DNA of 64,000 bases from Candidatus Eiseniibacteriota bacterium. GTDB lineage: Bacteria; Eisenbacteria; RBG-16-71-46; CAZAMP01. Where the stretch lies: NCBI GenBank assembly GCA_965224245.1, contig OZ245046.1:4736001-4800000 (forward strand), read 5' to 3'. Shown here in pieces: positions 1-9,316 of this stretch. The notes below the pieces were generated by a model. It saw only the letters and a list, made by a program, of their open reading frames with translations. It did not search any database and was not told the DNA's origin. The position numbers and the translations under genes were made by a program. Within the stretch, counting starts at the first letter, position 1. Each line of letters starts with the position of its first letter.

Positions 1-660
1 CTTCGGGATCATGCCGCCCGACACGACGTCGGGTCGCTCGAGGAGCGCGCGGGCCTCGGACACGTGAAGACGACTGGCGAAGCCACCGTCGGACGCGTCG
101 GTGCGCACTCCCGGAACGTCGCTGACGAACTCCAGTCGGTCGGCGTGGATCGCCGACGCGATCGCGTCGGCCGCCATGTCGGCGTTCACGTTGACCGCGG
201 ATTCGTCGGGACCCAGCGCCACCGGCGCGACGACCGGCGCAACCCCGAGCTCCAGCAACGCCTCCAGAGAGATCGCGGCCGTCTCCGGTCGCCCGCCGAC
301 GCGACCCAGCCGCGCGCCGTCGATCAACGGTGCCCGCAGGAGCCCGAGATCGATTCCCGAGAAGCCCAGCGCGGGCACGCCGCGACGGACGAGCTCGGCG
401 ACCAGCCGCTTGTTCACGAGACCGCATAGCACCATCACGGTGATGTCCATGCCTTCGGGCGAGGTCACGCGCAGTCCGTCGACCGTCTGATGCGCGACAC
501 CCATCACATCGTGGAGCTTCCCGATGGCGGCTCCCCCACCGTGGACGAGCACGATGCGCTCGCCCGATCGGAAGCGGCGTCCGACGTAGTCGCAGAACTC
601 CTGGACGTACGCCTCGCGCTCGAGATTGGCGCCTCCGACCTTGATGACCGTCGTGGTCAT
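1..660 (-). CDS. argB: Acetylglutamate kinase (3' end beyond window edge)
   Basis: Not in the ORF track. Manual translation from ATG 660 gives MTTTVIKVGGANL...IVLVHGGG...DGLRVT...MVLCGLVNKRLV, the amino-acid-kinase motifs. Lies directly downstream of argC. Start could be 672 or 684. Confidence 0.88.
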   Translation of the reverse strand, partial: MTTTVIKVGGANLEREAYVQEFCDYVGRRFRSGERIVLVHGGGAAIGKLHDVMGVAHQTVDGLRVTSPEGMDITVMVLCGLVNKRLVAELVRRGVPALGFSGIDLGLLRAPLIDGARLGRVGGRPETAAISLEALLELGVAPVVAPVALGPDESAVNVNADMAADAIASAIHADRLEFVSDVPGVRTDASDGGFASRLHVSEARALLERPDVVSGGMIPK

Positions 661-697
661 GTCCTTCGCCACGATCACCTCCATCCGGGCGGGCACG

Positions 698-1747
698 TCA
701 CGCGGCCGCAGTGGGCAACGCGAGCCCGGTCGTCTCGGGCATGCCCCACATCACGTTGAAGTTCTGAATGGCCTGTCCGGCCGCACCCTTGGTCAGGTTG
801 TCCAGTGCGCCGGTGATCACGACGTGGTCGGTTCCCTCGACGTCGTGCACCGAGAGCTGGACCTGGTTCGTCCGGGCCACCGCGCGAATGCGCGCCTCGC
901 GACCGGGTGGGAGCACCTGGATGAAGGGCTCGTGCCGGTAGCGCTCGAACAGGACCGCGCGCACGCGCCCGGCGTCTCCGTCCGGGGTGCGCACGACGAT
1001 GGTTGACTGAATGCCCCGCTCGATCGGAGCGAGGTGCGGTGTGAACACGATCCGGTGCGATCGGCGTCCGACGCCGTCGAGAAACTGCTCGATCTCGGCC
1101 ACGTGCCGGTGTGAGCGACCGTGCTTGTACGCGCTGAGATCCTCGGACACGGCGCAGAAGTGGGTGCGTGCGGTCGGCACGCGTCCGGCCCCGGACACAC
1201 CCGACTTCGCGTCGATCACGGGATGGTCCTCCGCGAGGCCCTCGGCGGCGAGCGGTCCCAGCGCGATCTCCGACAGCGTCGCGAAGCAGCCCGGGTTCGC
1301 GACGACGGTCGCTCCGGCGAGCGCGGGGCGCACGTACTCGGTGAGCCCGTACACGGCATCGCGCGCCACCGAGTCCGAGCGCGGTGAGCCGTACACGGCC
1401 TCGTGGCTTCGCGGGTCCTTCAACCGGTGATCGCCCGAGAGGTCGACGACGCGCGCGTGCTCGACGCACCGGGCCGCGAGGTCGCCTGCGGTGCCGTGCG
1501 GCACGGCGAGGAAGACGGCGGCCGCCGACCGGACGTCGGCGTCGTCGGGATGCACGAGGGGGATCGGCGTCGCCGCCGGGTCGATCTCGTCCAGCGTCGA
1601 GCCGGCGTGCGCGCGCGACGTCGCGAACGAGAGCTCGACCGCGGGATGGGCGGCCAGAAGCGTCACGAGCTCGGTCCCGCTGGTCCCGCTCGCGCCGAAC
1701 ACGCCGACGGGAATGCGAGCATGCGGTCGTCGAGTGGTGTCTGTCAC
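698..1747 (-). CDS. argC: N-acetyl-gamma-glutamyl-phosphate reductase
   Basis: Motifs GASGTSG, VVDLSGDHRL, AVYGLTE, ANPGCF, SGVSGAG, FTPHL, DNLTKGAAGQAIQN. GTG 1747 has GGAG upstream. Confidence 0.93.
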   Translation of the reverse strand: MTDTTRRPHARIPVGVFGASGTSGTELVTLLAAHPAVELSFATSRAHAGSTLDEIDPAATPIPLVHPDDADVRSAAAVFLAVPHGTAGDLAARCVEHARVVDLSGDHRLKDPRSHEAVYGSPRSDSVARDAVYGLTEYVRPALAGATVVANPGCFATLSEIALGPLAAEGLAEDHPVIDAKSGVSGAGRVPTARTHFCAVSEDLSAYKHGRSHRHVAEIEQFLDGVGRRSHRIVFTPHLAPIERGIQSTIVVRTPDGDAGRVRAVLFERYRHEPFIQVLPPGREARIRAVARTNQVQLSVHDVEGTDHVVITGALDNLTKGAAGQAIQNFNVMWGMPETTGLALPTAAA

Positions 1748-1935
1748 GTTCGATGCTCCAGGTGGTTGGGCGGTCGGCCGTTGAGTCGCCGGCCGACTTC
1801 CGGTAGTCGAGGTTTGCAAGGCGTGTGCCGGGGCGCCCAGAGCGCGCCGGAGCGCCCGCCTGGGCCCCCTCTGACCCAACGATGGGTCACGGGCGTCCCG
1901 ATCGGCACCGATGTGCCATGCGTGACCCGTCTACG

Positions 1936-3144
1936 TCATCGCGTGACGAAGCGCGGGATCGAGGCCGGCAGCCGGCACGCGAACTCCGTGTTCAGCGCCG
2001 ACGTCATCTCGGCGAACGAGCTGATCGGGATGACGTGGTGCTTCTGCCGTCCCACGAGGACGACCTCGTCTCCGACGGCGACGTCCGCGATCGCCGTCAC
2101 GTCTACCATGAACAGGTTCATGTTCACGTGCCCCACCACCGGTGCGCGCCGCCCCCTCACGAGGACGGTGCCGCGATTGGACATCTCGCGAGGGTATCCG
2201 TTGGCGTATCCGACCGGGATCACAGCCAGCGTCATGTCCCGCGGCGCCTGATACGCCGTGCCGTAGCCGACGAACTCGTCCTGCCGGACGCACTTGAGAT
2301 GCATGACGTCGGTCTTCCAGGTGAGCACGCGCTGAAGCGGGTTCTCGCGCGCGTCGCTGGAGCGCAGGCGGTGGAGGTTTCGCATCTCGGGGCTCGGCCA
2401 GAATCCGTAGGACGCGACCCCGATCCGGACGAGGTCCATCGCGGCCTCCGGGCGCGACAGCGCTGCCGCCGAGGACGCGACGTGATAGCGTTCGGGACCG
2501 GTTCGTCTTCTCCTGAGCTTGGCCTCGATCTCCTTGAATCGCGTGATCTGCCGCACGATCCGGAAGTCGTTGGCGAGCGACTCCGCTCCGGCCAGATGCG
2601 TGCAGAGCCCGGCCCAGACCAGGTGCCGCCGGTTCTGGCCGAAGATGCGGAGCGCACGCGGGAGCTCGTCCAGCGGGAGTCCCGTGCGGTTCCCGCCGGT
2701 CTCGATCTCGAGATGAACGCGCGCCGGCCTCCCGACCGCCTTGGCGACCGACACCGCGCACTCGAGGCGCGGCAGGTCGTAGACGAAGAACTCGATGTCG
2801 TTATCGATCACCCACCGGAGGTCCTCGTCGTAGAGGATGCCCATGATCATGATCTTGCTCGCCTGCGACTTGACCTCGTCGACGAGGCTCGCTTCGAGCG
2901 ACGAGGCCACCGAGAAGTGCCGGACGTCACACGACTCGGCGATGCCGACGATGGGCTGGATGCCGTGCCCGTACGCGTTCGCCTTCACCACGACCGACAG
3001 GATCGGATGCGGCCCCACGCGCGACCGCACGTACGAGAGGTTGTTCCGGAACGCCGCGCGGCTCAGCTCGATCCGCGACGAGTGCCGGACGGGCGAGCCG
3101 GCGAGATCGCCCGGCTCGGGCCGCGGATCGTTCACGAGTGCCAT
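1936..3144 (-). CDS. alr: Alanine racemase (fold-type III PLP)
   Basis: VVKANAYGHG (PLP Lys), HLEIETGGNRTG, VGYGTAY, IPVGYANGYPR, VVGHVNMN. Real start is ATG 3144 inside the long 984-aa ORF call; it overlaps the upstream stop. Confidence 0.92.
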   Translation of the reverse strand: MALVNDPRPEPGDLAGSPVRHSSRIELSRAAFRNNLSYVRSRVGPHPILSVVVKANAYGHGIQPIVGIAESCDVRHFSVASSLEASLVDEVKSQASKIMIMGILYDEDLRWVIDNDIEFFVYDLPRLECAVSVAKAVGRPARVHLEIETGGNRTGLPLDELPRALRIFGQNRRHLVWAGLCTHLAGAESLANDFRIVRQITRFKEIEAKLRRRRTGPERYHVASSAAALSRPEAAMDLVRIGVASYGFWPSPEMRNLHRLRSSDARENPLQRVLTWKTDVMHLKCVRQDEFVGYGTAYQAPRDMTLAVIPVGYANGYPREMSNRGTVLVRGRRAPVVGHVNMNLFMVDVTAIADVAVGDEVVLVGRQKHHVIPISSFAEMTSALNTEFACRLPASIPRFVTR

Positions 3145-5102
3145 GTGTAGGACCGTCCCCAGGACGAGGCCGCCCGGCCGCTCACATGGGACACGAGGGT
3201 GTCCGGCACGGCATACGCGTCGCCCTCTTCCTGCGGATCGAAATGGAACGCGTAGAGTCGTGAGACGAAGTCGTCGATCCCGAGCGACGACTCGCCCGGC
3301 CGCTCGCCGTGTCCGAAGACGCTGGGCTCCACGCCGTCGCCCCAGTCCTGGCGGCCCTCGTCGTTCGGATTGAAGAAGTACACGCGGACGGTGTCGTCGG
3401 GGCGCTTGGCGATGCGCTGGATCGAGACGGCGTGCGGACCCAGGAGACGGCCGTGCACGTCGGTCACCATGATCCCGACCGGGTTGGGATACACGAGCTC
3501 GTGCCCATCGTTGTAGTCGGGGTGGTGGGTCGCGTAGAAGCGGCGCACGAACAGCGAATGGTGGCTCACGGTGACGGAGCTCGGATCCAGCGCCGACGCG
3601 AACCCGGGTGCGACCCACCGGCCGTACATTGCCGGGTTCACCCAGCGATGGGGATCGGTGTTCCGCCCGGCGGCCAGGCCCAGCATCGTCGCGTAGATCC
3701 GGTCCAGGTGGGGCACGAGCAGGAGCGACACCGGATCCAGATCCGATCCCGACTCCCCCGACGCCACGTCGGCGCACCGATCCGATCGCAGCTCCTGTCC
3801 CTCGAACTCGGCGGCCACGAAACCATCGCGGGCCGCGTTGGCGATCTTGCCCAGGAGCATTCCCGGTGCGTGCAGGCTCCAGAGGCTGATGCCTCGCGCC
3901 GCCTGGCACGTGGGACTGTTGCCTTGCCCGACGCCGAGCGGGAGACCCAGCACCAGGATCGCCCCGGAAACGAGGATGGCGTTCTCGGAGAGGCCTTCGT
4001 TCTCGGGTCGTGTCCGGATCAGCCGATCGGCCACGTCCGACAGCACGTCGAGCTGCAGCAGTCGCCGCAGCCCGGCCGCCACCTCCGGCCTCGCGAGAAG
4101 ATGGCGCTCGAGCAGCCCGACGAGTCCGAGGATCGTACGATGCGTGCCGGGGAAGACGGCCGCCTTCACGAGTGCGGCCGGGAGCTCGCCGCACTTGGCC
4201 GCGTGGGCGGCACCGGCCTCGTCGGCGCCGATCGCATCGCCGAGCTGCTCGGGCATGCGCCGCGCGACCGCCCGGAGCGCCACCGCGTGATAAGGGCTCG
4301 TGAGCCCGACCTCGCGCAACGACGCGCCGAAGCGCCGGCACTCCTGGAGGACTTCCCCGTCGTCGCACTCCGCGAGGCGCCGGCGATACGTGACCGGGTC
4401 GCCCGCCGCGGCGGCCAGTGGCGTCGCCGCCCCGAGGGCGGCGCCGTAGCTTCGGAGGGCGTCGCGAGCGCCGGGATCGGCGTCGGCGTCGGGCAGCAGC
4501 GCGGCCTGATCGACCAGGGTCGTGATTCGCGAATCCCGCACCGGTCTCTGAACGGTCATCAACCGGATCTCCTCGACCACGCTGGTCAGAAGCCTGTCGA
4601 GCGACAGCACGTCGCGGATCGCCGCGAACAGCCGCTCGGCGCGGTCGTAGAGCTTCGGTTGTCGGCGGCTCGCCTCGGAGTCCGCGGGGAACATCAGGTC
4701 CAGCGATCGCACGCAGACCTCGCGAAGGAAGCCCGCGGCATCCTCGGCCGAGAGATCGGGGTGATCGACGTCGCCGCGCGCGATCGCGAGCAGCCGGAGC
4801 TCGCTCATCGCCTCGACCGTCGGATAGACGCCGTCGCCGAGGAGCCCGTATCGGACGAGATCGGGCAGAAGCTTCGTCACGTCCTCCCACGGCCCACCGC
4901 GAAAGACCCCCACCGCGTCGAAGCGAGGGGCGCGTTCGAGGAGCGCCGCGAGGCCGCCATCGGTGTCCAGGAGATCGGAGCCCGCGGCGAACACCGGCTC
5001 CTGGTAACGGGCCTTCGCGAACGCGGGAGCGCGGTCGAGCTTCTCGATCGCCGCATCGAGCCTCGCCAGCGCCCCGGTGGACTCACGGGTCTCATGGGTC
5101 AT
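3132..5102 (-). CDS. Uncharacterised 656-aa protein with putative papain/calpain-like C-terminal catalytic domain
   Basis: Protein-like ORF coupled to both neighbours (ATGA overlap at 5099-5102). Motifs GQGNSPTCQ, GPHAVSIQRI, VYFFNP...WG. Confidence 0.75.
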   Translation of the reverse strand: MTHETRESTGALARLDAAIEKLDRAPAFAKARYQEPVFAAGSDLLDTDGGLAALLERAPRFDAVGVFRGGPWEDVTKLLPDLVRYGLLGDGVYPTVEAMSELRLLAIARGDVDHPDLSAEDAAGFLREVCVRSLDLMFPADSEASRRQPKLYDRAERLFAAIRDVLSLDRLLTSVVEEIRLMTVQRPVRDSRITTLVDQAALLPDADADPGARDALRSYGAALGAATPLAAAAGDPVTYRRRLAECDDGEVLQECRRFGASLREVGLTSPYHAVALRAVARRMPEQLGDAIGADEAGAAHAAKCGELPAALVKAAVFPGTHRTILGLVGLLERHLLARPEVAAGLRRLLQLDVLSDVADRLIRTRPENEGLSENAILVSGAILVLGLPLGVGQGNSPTCQAARGISLWSLHAPGMLLGKIANAARDGFVAAEFEGQELRSDRCADVASGESGSDLDPVSLLLVPHLDRIYATMLGLAAGRNTDPHRWVNPAMYGRWVAPGFASALDPSSVTVSHHSLFVRRFYATHHPDYNDGHELVYPNPVGIMVTDVHGRLLGPHAVSIQRIAKRPDDTVRVYFFNPNDEGRQDWGDGVEPSVFGHGERPGESSLGIDDFVSRLYAFHFDPQEEGDAYAVPDTLVSHVSGRAASSWGRSYTWHS

Positions 5103-6349
5103 ACGTAGAAGTCCATCTCCTCGTAGCGGAGCAGGATCTCGCGAAGGCGATCGGGGTCGTCACCGAGAAAGTCCACCTTGCCGTAGTGGTCGCCGAAGCC
5201 AGCGCGCTCGCGGACCTTGGGCGTCACGGGCTCGAACAGGTTGTGACCGATGAAGTAGGGCTCGTCCTCGAGCGCCGGTGGAATCCGGAGCTCGTGCACC
5301 ATCGGCTTCTTCGGGTAGACGAGGAGGTTGCCCGCGTGGCCGCGCCGGCCCGTGACCTCGTCCGGGAAGAACGCCTCCAGCTCTTCGTCGGTGGTCAACG
5401 GATCGGACACGAGGATCTGCCCGGCGAATGCGTCGAAGCCGTAGGCCCGCTCGATCAGCTCGAAGATGTGCCCACCCGGAATGCGGGCGGCGACCTCGCC
5501 GAAGTTCAGCTCGCCGTCCTGATCCAGGAAGTACTCGGGGTGCAGGATGCCGTAGCGCACGCCGAACGACTTCACCAGATGCTCGACCGCCTTCCGGATG
5601 CGCGGCCGCACCTGCTCGAGCCGCGGCGTGGGCGGCATGAGCTGCGAGTGCCCGAGGTGCACGTACTCGTTGATGTTCAGGAAGCGAATGCGTCCGTCGT
5701 GCACGAAGACCTCGCACGAGAACTCCTGGCCGTTCAGGTGACTCTCCACGAGGCAGGGGAACGTGTCTTCGCCGAGGTCGTCGATGTCCTCCGGCGAACG
5801 GATCATTCGGTGACCGACGCTGCCCGCGGCGGATATGGGCTTCAGATGGACCGGAAACGGCGCCTCGCCCTCCAGCACGACCTCGGCCTCGTTGACGCGG
5901 GTGAAGAACCGGCGGACGGCGGCCCGCGAGTCGACCTCCTCGAACACGCCGACGCGAATGCCGCTCATCTGCGCCTTGCGCTTCATCATCGCCTTGTCGC
6001 GAAACAGGAGAGATCGATTGAACACGCGCGGGTCGTCACGGAACTCGGCGTTCAGCGCGCCGGCCCACTCGACGGTCTCCTCGTAGAGCGGCACCGCCAG
6101 CCGGACCTCGCGATCGGCAAGCATCCCCGAGAGCCGATGCGACTTCTCGTCCAGCCGATCGAACTCCCAGGGCACGGTCTCGATCCCGTCCCGTTCGGTC
6201 AATGCAGCGTAGTCCGGCGGCACGACGGCGACGAACCGATAGCCGAGGCGGGACGCCGCCTCCAGCGACTCGATGCAGTATCCGAGCAACGCGATCTTCC
6301 CCGGTCTTCCTGCGACGTTCGGAACGCCGCCGTGACCGTTGGCTTCCAT
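5099..6349 (-). CDS. ATP-grasp carboxylate-amine ligase (L-amino acid ligase-like)
   Basis: FRDKAMMK, PVHLKPISAAGSVG, LVESHLNGQEFSCE, HPEYF, FGEVAARIPGG. ATG 6349 lies downstream of a sigma54 promoter. Confidence 0.85.
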   Translation of the reverse strand: MEANGHGGVPNVAGRPGKIALLGYCIESLEAASRLGYRFVAVVPPDYAALTERDGIETVPWEFDRLDEKSHRLSGMLADREVRLAVPLYEETVEWAGALNAEFRDDPRVFNRSLLFRDKAMMKRKAQMSGIRVGVFEEVDSRAAVRRFFTRVNEAEVVLEGEAPFPVHLKPISAAGSVGHRMIRSPEDIDDLGEDTFPCLVESHLNGQEFSCEVFVHDGRIRFLNINEYVHLGHSQLMPPTPRLEQVRPRIRKAVEHLVKSFGVRYGILHPEYFLDQDGELNFGEVAARIPGGHIFELIERAYGFDAFAGQILVSDPLTTDEELEAFFPDEVTGRRGHAGNLLVYPKKPMVHELRIPPALEDEPYFIGHNLFEPVTPKVRERAGFGDHYGKVDFLGDDPDRLREILLRYEEMDFYV

Positions 6350-6398
6350 GACGGGAGTCCTTTCTTCGGATCGGAAACGGATGTCGTTGCACAGTGCC

Positions 6399-6413
6399 GC
6401 AATTGACATGCCA
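6399..6413 (-). promoter_or_regulatory. Sigma54 (-24/-12) promoter of the ATP-grasp/peptidase-like/alr operon
   Basis: Minus strand reads TGGCATG-TCAA-TTGC with exact GG-N10-GC spacing, 50 bp upstream of ATG 6349, beside a divergent sigma54 activator. Confidence 0.8.
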
Positions 6414-6504
6414 TGCGTCGAGCTGTGATCATGTCGGCTGGATCGGTCGTCGATGTCCCAATCGATGGGCCACGCGCGTCCGATACCGCCCAGACGAGAC
6501 ACGT

Positions 6505-7956
6505 ATGTCCCCCGCAGACGCCCCTACCGAGAGCCGCACCCCCGCGAGAGTCGCGGTTCTGAACGCAGAGAAGCTCGAGGACGCCCTGGCCGACGATGCG
6601 CGCATGCTGCCGTCGCGCTTTCGCGACCTCGACACGCTCCTCGACCAGGCGCGCGAGATCCCGCCCCGTCTGTGTCTTCTCGGACCGGGGCTCAGCCCCG
6701 AGGAAATGCGCGAGCGCGTGGCCAGCCTGCGGCGGCACCTCCCGTTCACCGACGTCGTCGTCTGGCATCCCCGCGCGCCGGCCGAGGTCGTGCGGGCGGC
6801 GCTCCTCTCGGGGGCACGCGACGTTCTGCTCGACCCCGATCCCGCGCGCGCGGTCGTGCGGCTGCGGGATCTCCTCGAAGGGCAGCGGCTTCTTCCGCTG
6901 GTGCTCGCCGAGGAGGATCGAAGTGGCGGACGCTGGCGATTCGAGGGGCTCGTCTCCCGGAACCGCGAGATGTGGAGCATCTTCGAGACCGTGGCCCGGA
7001 CCGCATCGACCGACGCGACGATCCTCATTCTCGGCGAGACCGGCACCGGGAAGGACCTCGTGGCCCGCGCGATTCACGCGCGATCCGGGCGGCCGGGACG
7101 CTTCGTGGCCCTCAACTGCGGTGCCATTCCCGAGACGCTCATCGATTCCGAGCTGTTCGGACACGTCGAGGGCGCGTTCACCGGGGCCAAGGGATCCAAG
7201 CGCGGGCTCATCCGTCATGCCGAGGCCGGGACGCTGTTCCTCGACGAGATCGGAAACCTGCCGCAGGACGCCCAGAGCCGGCTGCTTCGCGTGCTGCAGA
7301 ACGGGGTGGTCCGCCCGGTCGGCGGCGAGGAAGAGCATCCGGTGGATGCGCGCGTGATCGCGGCCACGAGCAGCCCGCTGGACACCGCAGTCATGGATGG
7401 CACGTTCCGCGAGGATCTGCTCTATCGCATCGACGTGATCCGCCTGATCATTCCGCCACTCCGGGAACGTCTCGAGGATCTGATCTTCCTGTTCGGCATG
7501 TTCCTTCAGGAGCTTACCGAGCAGTACAACTGTGCGCGACCGAAGCTCGGCGACGACTTTCTCGACGCGCTGCAGGCGTACGAGTGGCCAGGAAACGTGC
7601 GCGAGCTCGAGAACTTCACCGAACGGCTCGTGCTCGCGCACTCGGGCTCACGCGTCACGCGCACTCACTTCCGCAAGCTCACGCGCACTTACCGCGGCCG
7701 GCAGAACGACGGCATCTCCGACGAGGACGATCGTGACGCGTCGCCGCGCGTGGCCGCCGCGTTCGATCCCGATCGAACGCTGGACGAGGTCACATCGGAG
7801 ATCGTGTCGGAGACCGAGCGTGCGTATCTCGAAGGCCTTCTGGCACATACGTCCGGTCGCGTGGGCGCCGCGGCCGAGCAGGCCGGCATCAGTCGCCGCA
7901 CGCTGCACCGGAAGCTCTCGCGTCACGGGATCGACAAGCGTCGCTTTCGTGGTTGA
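6505..7956 (+). CDS. Sigma54-dependent enhancer-binding protein (NtrC/Fis family) with atypical receiver-like N-terminus
   Basis: GETGTGKD Walker A, SELFGHVEGAFTGA, TLFLDEIG, FREDLLYR, WPGNVRELEN, C-terminal Fis HTH (AAEQAGISRRTLHRKL). Confidence 0.93.
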   Translation: MSPADAPTESRTPARVAVLNAEKLEDALADDARMLPSRFRDLDTLLDQAREIPPRLCLLGPGLSPEEMRERVASLRRHLPFTDVVVWHPRAPAEVVRAALLSGARDVLLDPDPARAVVRLRDLLEGQRLLPLVLAEEDRSGGRWRFEGLVSRNREMWSIFETVARTASTDATILILGETGTGKDLVARAIHARSGRPGRFVALNCGAIPETLIDSELFGHVEGAFTGAKGSKRGLIRHAEAGTLFLDEIGNLPQDAQSRLLRVLQNGVVRPVGGEEEHPVDARVIAATSSPLDTAVMDGTFREDLLYRIDVIRLIIPPLRERLEDLIFLFGMFLQELTEQYNCARPKLGDDFLDALQAYEWPGNVRELENFTERLVLAHSGSRVTRTHFRKLTRTYRGRQNDGISDEDDRDASPRVAAAFDPDRTLDEVTSEIVSETERAYLEGLLAHTSGRVGAAAEQAGISRRTLHRKLSRHGIDKRRFRG

Positions 7957-8158
7957 CCTAAATCCGTCCACTGGCAGCGCGTTCTCGCTCCAGGGCACGC
8001 GCCCGTGAAGGACGCACCGCATCTCGCACCGAGCCGAGCGGCACGTTCAACACGTTCGAGCAGGTCGCCTTGCGAAGAACACGAGGGTCCGTTAGACTGC
8101 GTGTCGTTCGCATGTCTCGCTCGAATCGTGCTCGGCACGATGAACGGAAAGTCTCGCC

Positions 8159-9316
8159 ATGAATCGCATCCTCATCAACCTGGATGCTCTCCACCACAAC
8201 ATCGAACGCGTCAACGAGCTGATGGCGGGTCACGGGGCCTCCTGGTCGCTCGTCACGAAGGTGCTGTGCGGACACACCGACACGATCCGCGCGCTGCGCG
8301 CGCTCGGTATCCGTTCGGTGGCCGACTCGCGCATCCGCAACCTGGATGCGGTCCGAGAGGTCGATCCGGACGTCGAGACGTGGTACCTGCGTCTTCCACA
8401 CATGACGGCCGTTCCCGACATCGTGCGCACGTCCAGCGTCTCGCTGAACAGCGAGATCGAGACCATCGAGGCGCTCAGCGAGGAGGCCGCGCGCCACGAC
8501 CGGTCGCACGGCGTGGTCGTCATGATCGAGCTGGGTGACCTGCGCGAAGGCGTGCTCCCCGGGTCGCTGATCGACTTCTATCGCCGTATCTTCCAGCTCG
8601 GGAACCTGCGGATCGTCGGCATCGGCGCCAACGTCGGATGCCTCTCGGGCACCGTGCCCAACGTGGATCAGTTCGTCCAGCTCATGCTCTACAAGGAGCT
8701 GCTCGAGCTGAAGTTCGAGCAGAAGCTCCCCCTGATCTCCGCCGGCACGAGCGTCGTGCTTCCGCTTCTCCTCGAGGGGTCGCTGCCCAGGGGCATCAAT
8801 CACTTCCGCATCGGTGAGGCGGTCTTTCTCGGCACCGATCTCGTCAACGGCGGCACCCTTCCCGGATTCCGCGACGACGCGATCACCGTGGAGGCCGAGA
8901 TCGCCGAGATCAAGGAGAAGGGGCTCACGCCCCTGGGCGACGTCACCGCCACCACGCCGTTCGAGTCGTTCCAGACCGACGACGCGCCGTCGCCGGGCGA
9001 GCGCGGCTTCCGGGCCGTCATCACGCTGGGGCAGCTCGACACCGAGGTACAGGGTCTGACGCCCGTCGATGCATCGCATCGCGTCGCCGGCGCCAGCAGC
9101 GACCTGACCGTGGTCAACCTCGGCCCGGACACCGGCGGACTCCACATCGGCGACGTGATCCGCTTCCGCCCCAACTACGGCGCCACGCTGCGGCTCATGA
9201 CGAACAAGTACATGGCCCGCGAGGTCACACCCTCCCTCGAGCGCTTCACCGCCGGCCTCGATCACGCGCTGCCGCACTCGTCGGTCATCGCCTCGTTCGG
9301 CGGTAATCCTCTCTAG
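8159..9316 (+). CDS. Alanine/ornithine racemase-family PLP enzyme (Orr/YhfX-like)
   Basis: VTKVLCG (PLP Lys), ADSRIRN, MIELGDLREG, GANVGC, SAGTS, NHFRIGEAVFLG, GASSD. Confidence 0.85.
   Translation: MNRILINLDALHHNIERVNELMAGHGASWSLVTKVLCGHTDTIRALRALGIRSVADSRIRNLDAVREVDPDVETWYLRLPHMTAVPDIVRTSSVSLNSEIETIEALSEEAARHDRSHGVVVMIELGDLREGVLPGSLIDFYRRIFQLGNLRIVGIGANVGCLSGTVPNVDQFVQLMLYKELLELKFEQKLPLISAGTSVVLPLLLEGSLPRGINHFRIGEAVFLGTDLVNGGTLPGFRDDAITVEAEIAEIKEKGLTPLGDVTATTPFESFQTDDAPSPGERGFRAVITLGQLDTEVQGLTPVDASHRVAGASSDLTVVNLGPDTGGLHIGDVIRFRPNYGATLRLMTNKYMAREVTPSLERFTAGLDHALPHSSVIASFGGNPL

Noticed and set aside
1884-1928. GGGTCACG...CGTGACCC inverted repeat after alr
   Set aside because: Only an 8-bp stem with a long loop and no U-tract; too weak to call a terminator in GC-rich DNA.
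3145-4890. Apparent long N-terminal extension of Alr (984-aa ORF)
   Set aside because: Alternate frame of the 656-aa gene; Alr homology begins at ATG 3144. The same artefact inflates the ORF calls at 13347-15614, 14834-18058, 45940-49116 and 56940-59369.
7960-8158. Possible sigma54 promoter before the second racemase
   Set aside because: GGCA-containing sites here lack the GG-N10-GC spacing.
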